64,000 nucleotides of DNA, taken from assembly GCF_006345805.1 (NCBI RefSeq), contig NC_042998.1, forward strand, positions 71,858,001 through 71,922,000, read 5' to 3'. This document shows, in pieces, positions 52,229 through 64,000 of the stretch. Position numbers and translations under genes: made by a program. The notes under the pieces were generated by a model, which did not search any database, was not told where the DNA came from, and saw nothing but the letters and a program-made list of their open reading frames with translations. The number at the start of each line of letters is the position of its first letter. The stretch's first letter is position 1. Origin of the DNA: Octopus sinensis (Eukaryota).

Positions 52229-53121
52229 TTATATTCACCACTAATTAATTGTGAAGAATAGCGAAAATCTTTATAGTAAAAATAACGGTGTAATATCGTG
52301 TTTTTCTCCGACGTATCATTTCAATTTTGTAAAGAGCAATGACAAAGAAAGGGAACTAAATAGAAGCTATAAATTATTGTTTTATATTCTGCGAAGGGAT
52401 TTAAATTGATTTATGTGCATTGTGTTACACAGTAAACTAGCTTGAATATTCACTAGGGCTTCTTTGTATTACATACATCGGCTTGGCACTGTATTTTAGA
52501 ATATAACAAAACTGAGTGGCAAATGACTCAGTTCTAAGATTTGGAGAGTAACTATTATTCAGAATTGAAATACCAAATTCATATTTACTTCCCCTATTAT
52601 CTGAGACAACTGTTAGTACTGTAAAAATGTTTCATCATTGTCAAGATAAAAGTATTCACTTGAAAACACAACATTTGTAGGTGTGGTGGCAGGATAGTTA
52701 GAATCAGCTTGCCTCCAACGTCTAATATTCCTATTAAGTTGTGAAAACGAGGACATTTGAAAGAATGTACAGTCGTTTTAATTCTAAACTTCACTAGCGA
52801 TAATTGAGCGAGTGGTATCACGAAATGAAATACACTTAACCTTTTATGTACATATAATTTTTGGGATCGACTCCGTTTATTTTTCCTTTCTCTGAAGTTA
52901 TGATCTTGTAGATAGTTATGTTAATGGCTAGGCGCATTGAATAAATTTAATTCGACTTCATTGAAAATCTTTTTTCGTAAACTGTTTAGCGCAGTAAGCT
53001 AAGAGAGAGGGAGAGTGAAGTTAAAGAAATGAAAATAATATCTAAAACTGTCCAATGACAATTAAAATTCTAAAGTGATTGTTCTAAACTTTCCCTCGAA
53101 AATCACATTTAAGAGTATTTT

Positions 53122-53218
53122 GGGAGGAATTGGCCAGCGACGAATTGTCCTGGGGATGAATTTATCAACGATGAATTAACCGACGACAAAATAAACGGGG
53201 ACGAATTGTCCTGGTACC
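53122..53218. repeat. Six degenerate ~15-bp tandem units (consensus GACGAATTGTCC)
   Basis: GAATT-type cores at 53127, 53142, 53158, 53173, 53188 and 53203. Confidence 0.85.
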
Positions 53219-54808
53219 AGTTGTATTCAACGTGACAAAATGTAGCTGGGAGTTACTGCAAATATTCATAGCGAGCGGTTTTCCATCTAAACAGGAAAAA
53301 ATATAACGCTGAAAGTATTCTGGTGTTACACTGAAACATGAGCTTGCCAGCTTATTTGAGCACCATATCAAACAATTATTATTAACGTTTCGGCAAGGTT
53401 TCCATAAAATATATTTTTCATATCTCTCTCATAAGAGATGCTAAAATTTCAATTTTGTGGAAGCTACAATGATTTTTCAAACGTATTCAGACAAAGTATA
53501 GTCCCAAAGTTTAAAAATAACAGGGAACATAAGCTTTGTCATGTGATTATTAGCAATAATATTAACCAATATCAAACCGCATCCATATACATCAAGTGCA
53601 ATATAAAAACAATGTACTGGAAGTTTTCTTAAAGGCACCGTGTTATAAAAGACCAAACGGAAAATGACGATTTAGCCATTATCTCGATCCTTTTCAGGAT
53701 TAACGAGTTTTCAAATTGTAAGACGCTTAGTAAATTATATAGTTAAACATTTGACCGAAAGTTTCTCAGTTATTTGTTTAATATTGTCAAACAGGAACAT
53801 AAATTCTCATAGAAGCTTTCACAACTGATCTGTTTAACATTAAAATCGATGAGTCAAATTGAAACAAGCGCAAAGTTATTATACGTTGGTTTGAATCTGC
53901 ACAGCATCATTATTCTTCAAACACTACTTATACAATATTTTATCGCATTGTCTTCCAAAGATTCAGAGGAAGGTGCGGTAAGGTAGTGAAGTTGGGGATA
54001 ATGCATAAAATATATTACCAGGAAAATATATATATCTACTTGGAATTGTGTACTACGTCAACAAAAGAAAACGTTATTAAACTCACTACGTAACAGATTT
54101 TGAGTATAGTATATTCCCTTGGATCATAAATTGCTTCTCTGAACTTATTCCAATCTCGAATAGTTTTAAAACTTGATTACTAGTTTCGTCGGGGCTTTTA
54201 GACTGTGGTTCCAACTAAAGATTAAAACACGTATGTTCGAAACATAATACAAAATAAACTTTAAATAATGCTTAATTGTAAACTTGCGATTGACTAATTT
54301 GGAAATACTTTGCAAACATAGACGGTTAGAATAATTGACATTTTGTAATTTTCAATTGGTCTTAAAACTTCATCATTAGAGTTGGATGAAACTTAACAAA
54401 CCAACCTAGAAACGACTAATTATGTAAAATTTAGTCATATGCTGTCATTAATATCTACCATGTGTCTGTACTGCTAATATGCACAATGTATCCCGACTCT
54501 CATGAAACTTTTGTGGAATTGCAAGTTAAATGTTTCTTTTTGGAAGACTACTTTCAACTATATTATACGTCTCACATACGCAACAGGAGTCCCTATGTGT
54601 ATATTGGTACTGTGGAAATACCTATCTAAATACATACATATATACATAGATATACAACTACACAGACAGAAAGAGATGCACACACGCATATACAGTATAT
54701 CACAGAAGTACGTTCAGCTTTAACAAATTTCAGTAAAATTGTCATTACTTGATAATGTCGAAGGAAATCAAACCAAATTTATTCTGAATATTGTGTATTC
54801 AAATATTA

Positions 54809-56195
54809 TACAACATTGGAACACAGTAAATATTTTCAAAGATATGAACGAAATATCAATTTTCAAACGTTACGTAAATATGTACACCCTAAAGAGAATA
54901 TTCGCTATATTCATTATTTTATTCAATTATTTTACTAAATTCAGATATTTCTCATGATTTCAATTCTAATAAATAATTTCTCTTGACATTTTTGCACCGG
55001 TCATTGTTATTGTACCAGCTGAAATTCTGATTTGTGTACTGTGGTGACAATCTTCATTGCGATTAAAATGACACCAAAAGGAAAAGACGTGTCTGAAGAT
55101 TTGAAGAAAATTATTTTTAATTTGCGCAAGAATGATTTAGGATACAATTTAATTAGCAATCGAATACATATTAGTGTAAACACACTTACCAAAGTAATTC
55201 AGAATAACAAAGCTACTGGACGGCTAAACAATAAATATCGCCCAGGTTGTCCTTCAATATTAACTACGCGTGATCTTCGCCATATCCAAATTTGCGTGAT
55301 GGATGACAGGCGTCGTACCGTTTCATCTTTTGCCCAAAAGTGTCTTCTGTTAATGGAAAGGGTGTATCCGCCCAAACACTTCACCGAAGTTTGAACAAGT
55401 ATGGTCTTCATAGGCGCATCCCTCGTAGGAAGCCTCTCCTCACTACCAGGCATAGACCAAATCGTGTTTCTTATACCGAAGTCTAGTGAAGATGGGGAAG
55501 TTTAGGAATAAAAATTCCTTTCTTGACGGGATTAAAATGAATTTGTTTCGGTCAGAGGGTATTAAACGAGTATGACGGCGACCAGATAAAAATGATAGCG
55601 AAAATGTACAGAGACTGCCGTGAAACACGGTGGCGGAAATGTTATGCTTTGGGGACGCATAAGTGCGGATGGTGTAAGAGTACTCACATTTATTGAGAGA
55701 ACAATGATTTCAAGGCTTTATTGTAAGATATTGTAGGAAACAATGTTGAAAAGCATCAAAGAACTAGAAAGACATTCCGTGTTCCAGCATGATAATGACC
55801 CTAAACACTCTTCAAATATGACGACTAAGTTTTTTTTAATGAGAAAAAAAGCAAAGGTATTGCCTTTCCCTACTATGTCACCTGATTTAAACCCAATGGG
55901 ACATCTGTTAGCTGTTTTGAGAAGGAATGTTGAGGAGAAAAAGGCCCGCAATGTTACACGGTTGAAAGATATCATGCGGGATGAATGGAGGTCGATTTAT
56001 TCGGTTACATGCGGAAATTTAGTCGCCTCTATGCCCAGAAGCCTTAATGCATTGAAAGCAAGTAGGGTGGGGGTCACACCAAATATTGAATATAGCAAAT
56101 GATACTTTAGGGGGTACATATATTTGTATCCTTCGAAAATTAATATTTCGTTCATACCTTTGAAAATATTTATTGTTTTATCTTCCAAATTTATA
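54809..56195 (+). mobile_element. Full-length but inactivated Tc1-like DNA transposon
   Basis: Imperfect TIRs of about 100 bp (about 54809-54912 and 56088-56195) with TA ends. Transposase from ATG 55068: MTPKGKDVSEDLK..RPGCP..RRKPLL..VKHGGGNVMLWG..FQHDNDPKH..SPDLNPMGHL (catalytic E replaced by G). Frameshifts and stops present. Confidence 0.93.
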
Positions 56196-56535
56196 CAATG
56201 TTTGAATGTATAATATATGTTATTCAGTATAAATTTGGCTTGATTTCTTTCGATATTATCAGAGTAATAGCAATTTTACTGAACATTTTTAGGAGAGTAC
56301 ATACTTCTGTGAAATACTGTATAAATAAATATATATGTGTGTTGTGTGTGTGTGTGTCTGTGTCTGTGTGTGTATGTAAGTTGACTACGTGTTCATATAT
56401 GTCAGTTGAGCGGTAGATTAATCGAATTGTACAGTATTATATATGCATTACAGCCGATCTTAGCAATCGGTTTTGCATTTGGAGTTAAATGAGGTGTTTG
56501 GTAACAGCCTGAGCATGTAACACTGCGCTCTTCAG

Positions 56536-56639
56536 AGATAAGTGTTATGGAGTAACATATGGTGACTGTTCTGTATTGTTCGAGGTGGAAAGACGTCTGG
56601 TGTGTGGTTACTGTAAAAAAGCAGACGGCAGGTTAAGAG
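56536..56639 (+). CDS. Candidate exon DKCYGVTYGDCSVLFEVERRLVCGYCKKADGRLR
   Basis: CTCTTCAG acceptor, GAG|GTATGT donor, 104-nt open frame with a CxxC pair. Unverified. Confidence 0.22.
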
Positions 56640-56763
56640 GTATGTTCCTAGGTAACAAAAACACCAACTATCGGGATGTTGGAAATCGGCGAGACTTTTC
56701 TGGAAAAGAGTTTTGGGGAAGATCAATCACACTCCACTACGATTAGCGAAATTGGTGATTTGA

Positions 56764-57031
56764 TCTATATTTTGTAACAGAACAAAGTGCGTACAGATTC
56801 ATTAATATGGACGATGTTGGAGAAAGACGTAAAGTATTTTACGTCTATGATTATGACACCAAATATTCGATTTCTGAAAAATCATATTATGTTATTGAAT
56901 AATTAAGAACGATATAATTATAACTTTCTAACACTGAAATTATATTCCCTGTAGCTTTGAGTAAAAATGCTTTTTAGCCAAAACCCTAAATCTGTAACAA
57001 GTAATAGCTTCGCGGAAGCTGTATAATCTAG
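56764..57031 (+). mobile_element. Probable non-autonomous Helitron
   Basis: 3' hairpin AGCTTC-GCG-GAAGCT (57006-57020) lies 7 nt before CTAG|T (57028-57032). Candidate 5' end A|TCTATAT at 56763/56764, giving insertion in an AT dinucleotide. The 5' end is less certain than the 3' end. Confidence 0.6.
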
Positions 57032-57655
57032 TTAACAATAATTTTACAGCTCTCATGAAAAATTGTTATAAAAAATAGAGGAAAGCTACTAATGTACCCA
57101 CAAGAGACTATATCATTTGCGAATGTGCATATATAATTTCTGAAATGTCTTTCTGCCTGGTTCTTCCATTATGAGACGTAAATAATACGCTAGTTGAATT
57201 AATGAATTCAATATTCAATAATCAATAATCAATAATAAATCAACATCTGTTGTAATTATTTATGATGTCGTCTCAAAGCTTGTTTGATTGTGATTGACTG
57301 GTATTTTTCAGTTTGTGCTTCTCCGATTGTCATATTACTTCTTTTGGACCTGTGAAATAGTACGGAGAGTAATTCTCAACTTGTGAAACATAAAAGTTTC
57401 GTTTCCAAGCCACTTTTTAAAAGATATATCATGATTATCAAATTCCTTATTTCTTTATATATTTTTAATACTTCTGCTAAAACTCTGTACAACCATATCA
57501 CATGCGATGTCAATTATATTTGCTAAAACGGCAGACAGTCAGTACATATACAAAGAGTAGAAGATTCTGTTCCCCTTCATATCATGCTCAAGAAGGGCAG
57601 AAATTCGGTGCAAGAAACTGGAATTCCGTATAGACTTCGAGCAGAATAGGCGTTA

Positions 57656-57699
<44 letters not shown>

Positions 57700-57705
<6 letters not shown>

Positions 57706-57960
57706 TAGAAAAAATAAGGTACTCAGAAATCTGGATGGTTTTACATTTACAGATTTCTATTAATATATCACATGTTTTTATAAATCATATAACAACGCTT
57801 GCATCTACTCTAGTAGATTCTTCAGATTTTCTATTCATCATCTCCACACTTTCTAATATATATATATATATATATATAATTATTATAAATGAGGGTGAAA
57901 AATCGATATTAATTTAATAATACCGTCAATTTAACACCAAGTGGCTTAGCACAAAAAACT
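57700..57960. mobile_element. Penelope-derived short repeat pieces around (TA)n tracts
   Basis: AAAATAAGGTACTCAGAAATCTGGATGG and GAGGGTGAAAAATCGATATTAATT..TTTAACACCAAGTGG resemble octopus Penelope-end repeats (recollection only). Confidence 0.35.
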
Positions 57961-58876
57961 ACGGAGGAAATATGTATAAATTTATATATATATATATATA
58001 TATATGTTTGTGTGTGTATGTGTGAGAGAGTGTTTGTGGGAGTGTGTGTGTATTTGTGTGTATGTGAATGCTTGCATACTTTGGACTAGATTATGGCCGG
58101 TTGGAAGCTTGAATATGTTTTGATTAAAGAAAAACGGGAACATAGAAATAACTTAATATGATTACAATGGAGACAATTTTTCACGGAATTGATTGTTCCG
58201 GTGAAATTGAGAAAAAAAATCCCTGTAAAGAATTTTGTTCTCAATATATATAAATGCACTTCCGGTAACGAACGAATGTAAAGTAGTTATTCAAAAGAAT
58301 ACATGAATAGAAACAGAGAGCTGTTCGTATAAATATACACAAAGACATGTAAAGTCATAGCAAAAATTCACTTTTCATCCGTATATATAAAGAAGAGATA
58401 CACACAGTTCTCGTATAAACATGTATTATGTGTGTGCGCACGCGCGTACGTATCTCTTTGTAGGTACGCATGCATGCATACACACACATATATATATATA
58501 GTTACATGTACGCAGATATATGCATGTGCATATACATACATACATACATATATATATATATATAGTCACATATACGCAGAAAATAGGCACATGTGTATGC
58601 ATGTATGTATATATATATATATATATATATGCGTGTGTGTGTGTGTGTTTATACATATTTCATTTAATATACACAGTATAAAAATACGAGCGGCTAATAG
58701 TTTCATGCTGGGAAGACATGTTTCTCGGCATAGTATGTGCCTCCGATCTTACGGTCTGTTATGTTTGAAAATAAGGACTCTGCTACATGATTAATCTCAA
58801 GAATGCTGATGCAAAATGGGCAAAGTGTAATAATGAAGAAATAAAGTAGAAAAGAAAAAAAAATAGTGTTACATAC

Positions 58877-59071
58877 CATTTCCGCAATAGAAGTCATAAT
58901 TAAACCAGTTGTTGTGGAATATTTGACCAGAGAGAAATTCAAAATCTGCGAGGTAGTTGCTCAATCCGGTGAGATTTGTGACTTCCAGTTCACCGAAAGA
59001 AATTGCCCATATGCTTGCATCGGCTAAATATTTCGGATATGGAGTTAAATAGTGCGGTGGAATTTTTACAG
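58877..59071 (-). CDS. Candidate 195-nt phase 1-1 exon (A)VKIPPHYLTPYPKYLADASIWAISFGELEVTNLTGLSNYLADFEFLSGQIFHNNWFNYDFYCGN(G)
   Basis: Strong CATTTTTTAG acceptor, strong G|GTATGT donor, length a multiple of 3, protein-like composition, and less AT-rich than flanks. Family not recognised. Confidence 0.4.
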
Positions 59072-61444
59072 CTAAAAAATGTGGGATTTTTGAGCTACGC
59101 ATAAGTTGCATTTCTTATATATGTTACATATGACATGGATTCCTGTATTTTATTTTCTGTTTATTGTGGTGTGCAGTGAACCTTCAAACTCCATACTCAA
59201 AAGCTTTACTTTTATTGATGTGCCGTCTTTTTGTTAAACCGATGTAATTTTTCTTTTCATTTAGTTTGTGTTGAAGCGTTGCTGTGACTTGTACCACATG
59301 CGTGGCGACGTATATCATGCATGCCTGGTCAAACGTTCAAGCTTCAGAGACTCGACTGTTAAAAGTGGGAATAGGTTCTTGGTAATGCTTAAGAGAGTTA
59401 GTGTTCTACACACTGTGTTCGGCTTCTCTCCCCATATATGGTCACACTGTTTTAGATTGTATTTCAACTTTCGTCTCTTTTATCCTATTCAACATAATGT
59501 ACATATTCTTCTCTAGTTGTTGTTTTCTTTAATTATCCTATGCTGCTACTACCACGTCTTTTTCGTTTCGATCTTATATTATTTGCTTGCTTGAATCTTT
59601 CTGCATAATCTCCCTCACATTTTGCACGTGTTTCATTTATATTTTTCTCTATTCTCTCTCTCTCTCTCTGTCTCTCTCTCTCTGTCCTCTCTCTCTCTTT
59701 GTGTATGTGTAGGTAGAATGATTATATTAGCTTGTGAACCTCTGGATTTTTCGGCTCTCTGTAGCATCAGAAAGAGCCAGCGAAAACCGACCTAGAGTGT
59801 AGTGAAGAATAGAAGTTTCGATTAAAAATTGGTATATGGAATTTAACCAGTTACTTTAGCATCTGAGGTGATACATTTACAAACTGCGTTTAAACATACG
59901 TGTTAACCAAATAAAAAGATAATTGTCAGTCTGTCTCCACACCTCGGTATAATATTTTTCAATAAGCAACTCATATAAAATTATTATAATAAATAGATAG
60001 TAGTTTCTATCATGAATTTAGTTATGCGCGTATCTGTATGCGCTTCGCATGTGTTTGTACTTGGAATTATGCACAAATCAGATACAATGTCGCCATGTGA
60101 ATACTAAGGCGATATAAAGACAATATGCGTTGTAAATTCACGTCAGGAAAAACAATAATTTCACGCACATATCATTATTGTTATAGGTAAGCTCAATGTT
60201 CTACTACACCTGTGAATATCTCTGAATATCTATGCCTATATAATATCACATATATTAGTGTCTGTTAAATATATCTATTTTCAGTCGTATGCGTCTGACA
60301 ATGTGTCTATGAATGGAAGTAAAAACACTGTTGCGTCAAAAGCAGAACATTTCGAGATTAATGTAATTAAATTACCTGATGTACACACACATATTGTAAG
60401 CAGATGATGAAACAATAGTTGGTCAAAGCGTACGGGTTAGCATAAATTGTAACAGTGACATCAACGTAGCAAGACTTTATAGACTTCTTACAAAATATCA
60501 TATTTCACTTCAACTATTTGATGATATATAAATATGGCACTATTTATTTCGTCTACGAAACTGATAGAGATGTCTCAGTTATCTTACTACAAAGCACATG
60601 GCCAAATGCTGCTTAGGTGAAAATGTCGTGCTGATATTGTTGGCAGATGTAACAAGATACTATGATTATAGATGTTTTTCTCAGAGATTGGAGGCTATTC
60701 TACAGTTGAAAGTAAGTGACAACGACACCACTTTTTCACAAGCAAGAAGCTAATTAGGGCACCATATCACAGGCATATAGTGAAGGAATATACCCAACTA
60801 TCCTTAGCAACATGTGTTGACAATCAAAATCACAAACACGCACATATATATATATATATATGACTATGTGTGTATGTGCGCATCTGTGTGTGTGCTTGTA
60901 AGAGCGTGTAACTCTGCAAATAATGCACTCGTATATCTATCAATCGAGTGGGTATATTAATTGAAGTGTACAGCAATATATGCCTAGTACGTCATAGATA
61001 TATGATATTGTACACTACGAATAATATATTTATATATGTGTGTGTATGTGTGCGTGTGTGTATATGCATATGTGTATGTAGAAGGCTGAAAAGGAACACA
61101 AGAGTTGATATGTATAAGGAAAACATGAAAAGGTAGAAATGCTAAGATAATTTTATCATGAAGTACATTTGAGTACCGGTTTCAGGCTTTGCAGCTTTTT
61201 CAACTTGGAGAAAAATATAAAAAAAATTAAATTGTGGAAAAATGAAATGAAATGTTTTTGTTTTTTTTTTATATTTCCATAGTTTTCAATTTTTTTTTCC
61301 TTTTTTCTGTCTGTCTGTCTCTCTTTTATTTCTGTGAAGTCTTCGTAGCAGGTAGTAGGTTGTAGAAATCTTAAAAGTGTATTTGATATGAATTCATGGT
61401 TTTTATTGTTTAAGCAGTAGTAATAGTCGAGGAAGCAGGCAAAA

Positions 61445-61712
61445 CAGAAGAAGAAGAAGAAGAAGAAGAAGAAGAAGGAAGAAGAAGAAGAAGATGAGAA
61501 GATGAAGAAGATGAAGAAGAAGATGAAGAAGATGAAGAAGATGAAGAAGAAGAAGATGAAGAAGAAGAAGATGAAGAAGATGAAGAAGATGAAGAAGAAG
61601 AAGAAGAAGAAGAAGAAGAAGAAGAAGAAGAGAAGAAGAAGAAGAAGAAGAAGAAGAAGAAGAAGAAGAAGAAGAAGAAGAGAAGAAGAAGAACAAGAAG
61701 AAGAAGAAGAGG
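61445..61712. repeat. (GAA)n tract with interspersed GAT triplets
   Basis: Directly visible; source of the poly-K, poly-F and poly-L pseudo-ORFs. Confidence 0.98.
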
Positions 61713-61899
61713 GAGTAGGAAAAGTAGAGAAAGTATAATAAAAATAAGCGAGTGGTATCACAGTAGTAGAATGCTGATGAAATCCTGCTAAATCGTCAAG
61801 TGACCTGCTGTGGTTGTAATAGTATTGATTGGAATTATTCTGAAGAAATTCATGGGTTGTGACTGCTCCAAATGTATTGTTTTTAATATTTGCGTGGGT

Positions 61900-62600
61900 A
61901 TTATTCTAAGGCCCTTGTAGTAGTGTTATTTGTGGTGGACGCATTGAAAAGGGGTTTGTATTTTGTGATAAAATAGGAATCTTTGCTAATGCGCTGACTA
62001 CAAGTTGCATCGTCGCTGAATTTATAGACGAGAAAAATTCTGAAGATGGGTGGTTTGTTAGCGGTGAAAATGTCGATGTGTTTGATAAATGCTATTCTTC
62101 TGTATCTCCGAATTTTGATTTGAGATCTATGCAGAGCCATCCTGCGACGTAGTCTGATTTTCGTTTGGCCTATGTATTGCTCTCGACACCCACAGCAAGT
62201 TAGGTTCTCTGAAGCACATATGAAGTTGCTTTACACTGTAAAACGTTTGTCCTGTTTGAAAGAGAACTCTGATCCCTGAATTAAGTTGACGTATATACCA
62301 CAGTTAGGAATTTCGCATTTTTTTACTGACGGCTTCGGTGTTGTTATCGAGTGTACTTGGGTTGGTGTTAGAAAACTTTTCATAGATTTGGGTTTTGTTT
62401 TGCTCGGCCAGATAGTGTGCGATTTGAAGATCAAATTCATTCTGTGGTCCTTTTTCCGTGGGAGGATATTCTGGAGGATGGTGCCGAACGCTTCATTGTT
62501 AAGAGGTTTATGTGTGGACATATATGGTAGGGCTTGTGGTTGTACATTCCTTTTTAGTTTGGGATGTTTGAGTTTATGGATTTTGAGGTACAAGCTACGC
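61900..62600 (-). mobile_element. Penelope-like element fragment, family A (linker plus GIY-YIG endonuclease)
   Basis: LPYMSTHKP..ILQNILP..SKTKPKSMKSFLT..KCEIPNCG..FTV*SNFICASENL-TCCGCREQYIGQTKIRLRRRMALHRSQI..KYKPLFN. Confidence 0.88.
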
Positions 62601-63600
62601 AGAAACCTTACGTAATAAGTCAAACATAAAATTTACGTCTAGTTTTTCAAAAACTAGCGTTGAATTTTTGGATACACAGGTTAAGATTTCTGGAGGCAGA
62701 ATAGTGACAGATTTATTTTGCAAGCCCACGTCATCCTACATTTATCTCCACCACCACTCCTATCATCCACATCATCTTATTCGGTCGAATCCGAACTCCA
62801 AATTTTTGAGGATAAAATGGATTTGTACTGACATAGGAGATTACTGGAAACATGCAAATGCTTTTGTATGTCATTATGTCAAACGCGGTTACAGTGAATC
62901 ACGATTATAGGAACTAACAAATGAAATAGATTAGCTATACACATAATTTTAGCAAACATAATACAATAGATGGCTGAATTCATTTAGTGATTAACCGGCA
63001 CCGACATTTCGCTGGCATTTCAAATGTGTTGCTTGAAAGTTACCCGCACGTGGCGAAAAAATATTCTCGCTTCAAACAGATATTTTCTCAGCCGCCTATT
63101 GTAGCCTTTAGACGGAATAAGAATATAAGAGAATTATTGACCTGTATATCGGACTCCAAGAAAACAAACATTGGAGTATCAACACGTTGTACTTTAAAGA
63201 ATAGCCGCAAGAGAGTTAAGCCCTGTTCATTGTGCAACAACATGAGTGAAGTGAATTCCATCAGAAATCATAACAGAAATCTTATGATTTATACAGAAGG
63301 TGGAACATGTAAAGATTTCCATTTTGTGTACGCTGCAGAATGCACGAAACACAACTTAATTTATGTTGGTTGCACAACAGAACAATTAAACAAAAGGATA
63401 AATGCCGTCAGACAGAATAACTGTAGTTCGACAGAACTTGCTGAACATTTCGTTTCAAGCGGCTTCAATTTTGAAGAAAAGCTGAAAGTGCATATTCTCA
63501 GTAAATATTCTGAATTTGCTGATTAGTACGACGAACACACGCTAGGCACATTAGGTCCAAGCCCTGCTGTAAACTTCAGAGGTGATCTAGAACTTAAAAC
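62601..63600 (+). mobile_element. Penelope-like element fragment, family B (RT C-terminus, thumb, GIY-YIG)
   Basis: NIKFTSSFSKTSVEFLDTQV..TDLFCKPTSSYIYLHHHSYHPHH..RIKWIC..KRGY; PIVAFRRNKNIRELL..KPCSLC..TCKDFHFVYAAECTKHNLIYVGCT..ELAEHF. Confidence 0.9.
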
Positions 63601-64000
63601 TTGGTGCGCATGCACAACAGAGTTCAAGGTCAATCCACACCAAACGCTTAAATCTAAGTCTTTCAGCTTTGTTACTATAGCAACAGACCGGATTCTTATT
63701 GATCAGACAGCATGTATGTGTCTGTCTATGTGTGTGTGTGTGTGCGTTTGTGTGTGTGTGTGTATGTGTGTGTGTGTATGTGCAGTCCACGATAGATGAG
63801 AAACAGAGAATCTTTGTTTACTCAAGTTTTGCATGTCTACATACATGCATATTTTGTATTACATACGCAAATTGTTAGATTTAATATACCTATGTAGCTT
63901 GATCTAATATGTACAGTCCTTCCATCAATAAGCAAATCCGCAGCTATACCTGTAGTAGCATAGGGAAGGCCATACTTGCTTTGCCTTCTTAGAGAAGATA

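Noticed and set aside
53122-53218. CRISPR array
   Set aside because: Eukaryotic context, 15-bp period and no unique spacers.
58877-59071. Aminopeptidase-N-like assignment (ASI...GL.NYL) for the exon candidate
   Set aside because: Spacing and the catalytic YxKG context do not match; similarity is too faint to name a product.
59268-59516. Neuropeptide-like KR-CCDLYHMRGDVYHACLV-KR
   Set aside because: Odd cysteine count, no signal peptide or other precursor features; compatible with chance.
61774-61800. Hammerhead core CTGATGA near the Penelope fragment
   Set aside because: It is antisense to the adjacent element and is not followed by a stem II and GAAA.

Overview
Eukaryotic, AT-rich, repeat-dense genomic DNA, most likely from an octopus or other coleoid cephalopod. 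This is inferred from a strongly divergent, expanded 18S rRNA and from tRNA-derived SINE families I recognise as octopus-type; no database search was possible. Bases 1-423 are the 5' end of an 18S rRNA gene on the minus strand, preceded by about 1.7 kb of GC-rich 5' ETS carrying internally duplicated modules. At about 2.2 kb this switches abruptly to ordinary AT-rich DNA, so it is the edge of an rDNA array or an orphan unit. The other 62 kb looks intronic or intergenic and holds microsatellites and transposon relics. These include a near-full-length R4/Dong-like RLE LINE plus two more RLE-LINE 3' fragments stacked in tandem between (TAA)n tracts, four older RLE-LINE fragments, a decayed RTE LINE, several SINEs, three Tc1/mariner-superfamily elements, a probable non-autonomous Helitron, and two different Penelope-like fragments joined head-to-head. 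No host protein-coding gene could be identified; a few isolated exon candidates are given at low confidence. Most long ORFs in the supplied track are artefacts of microsatellites or of the GC-rich rDNA.
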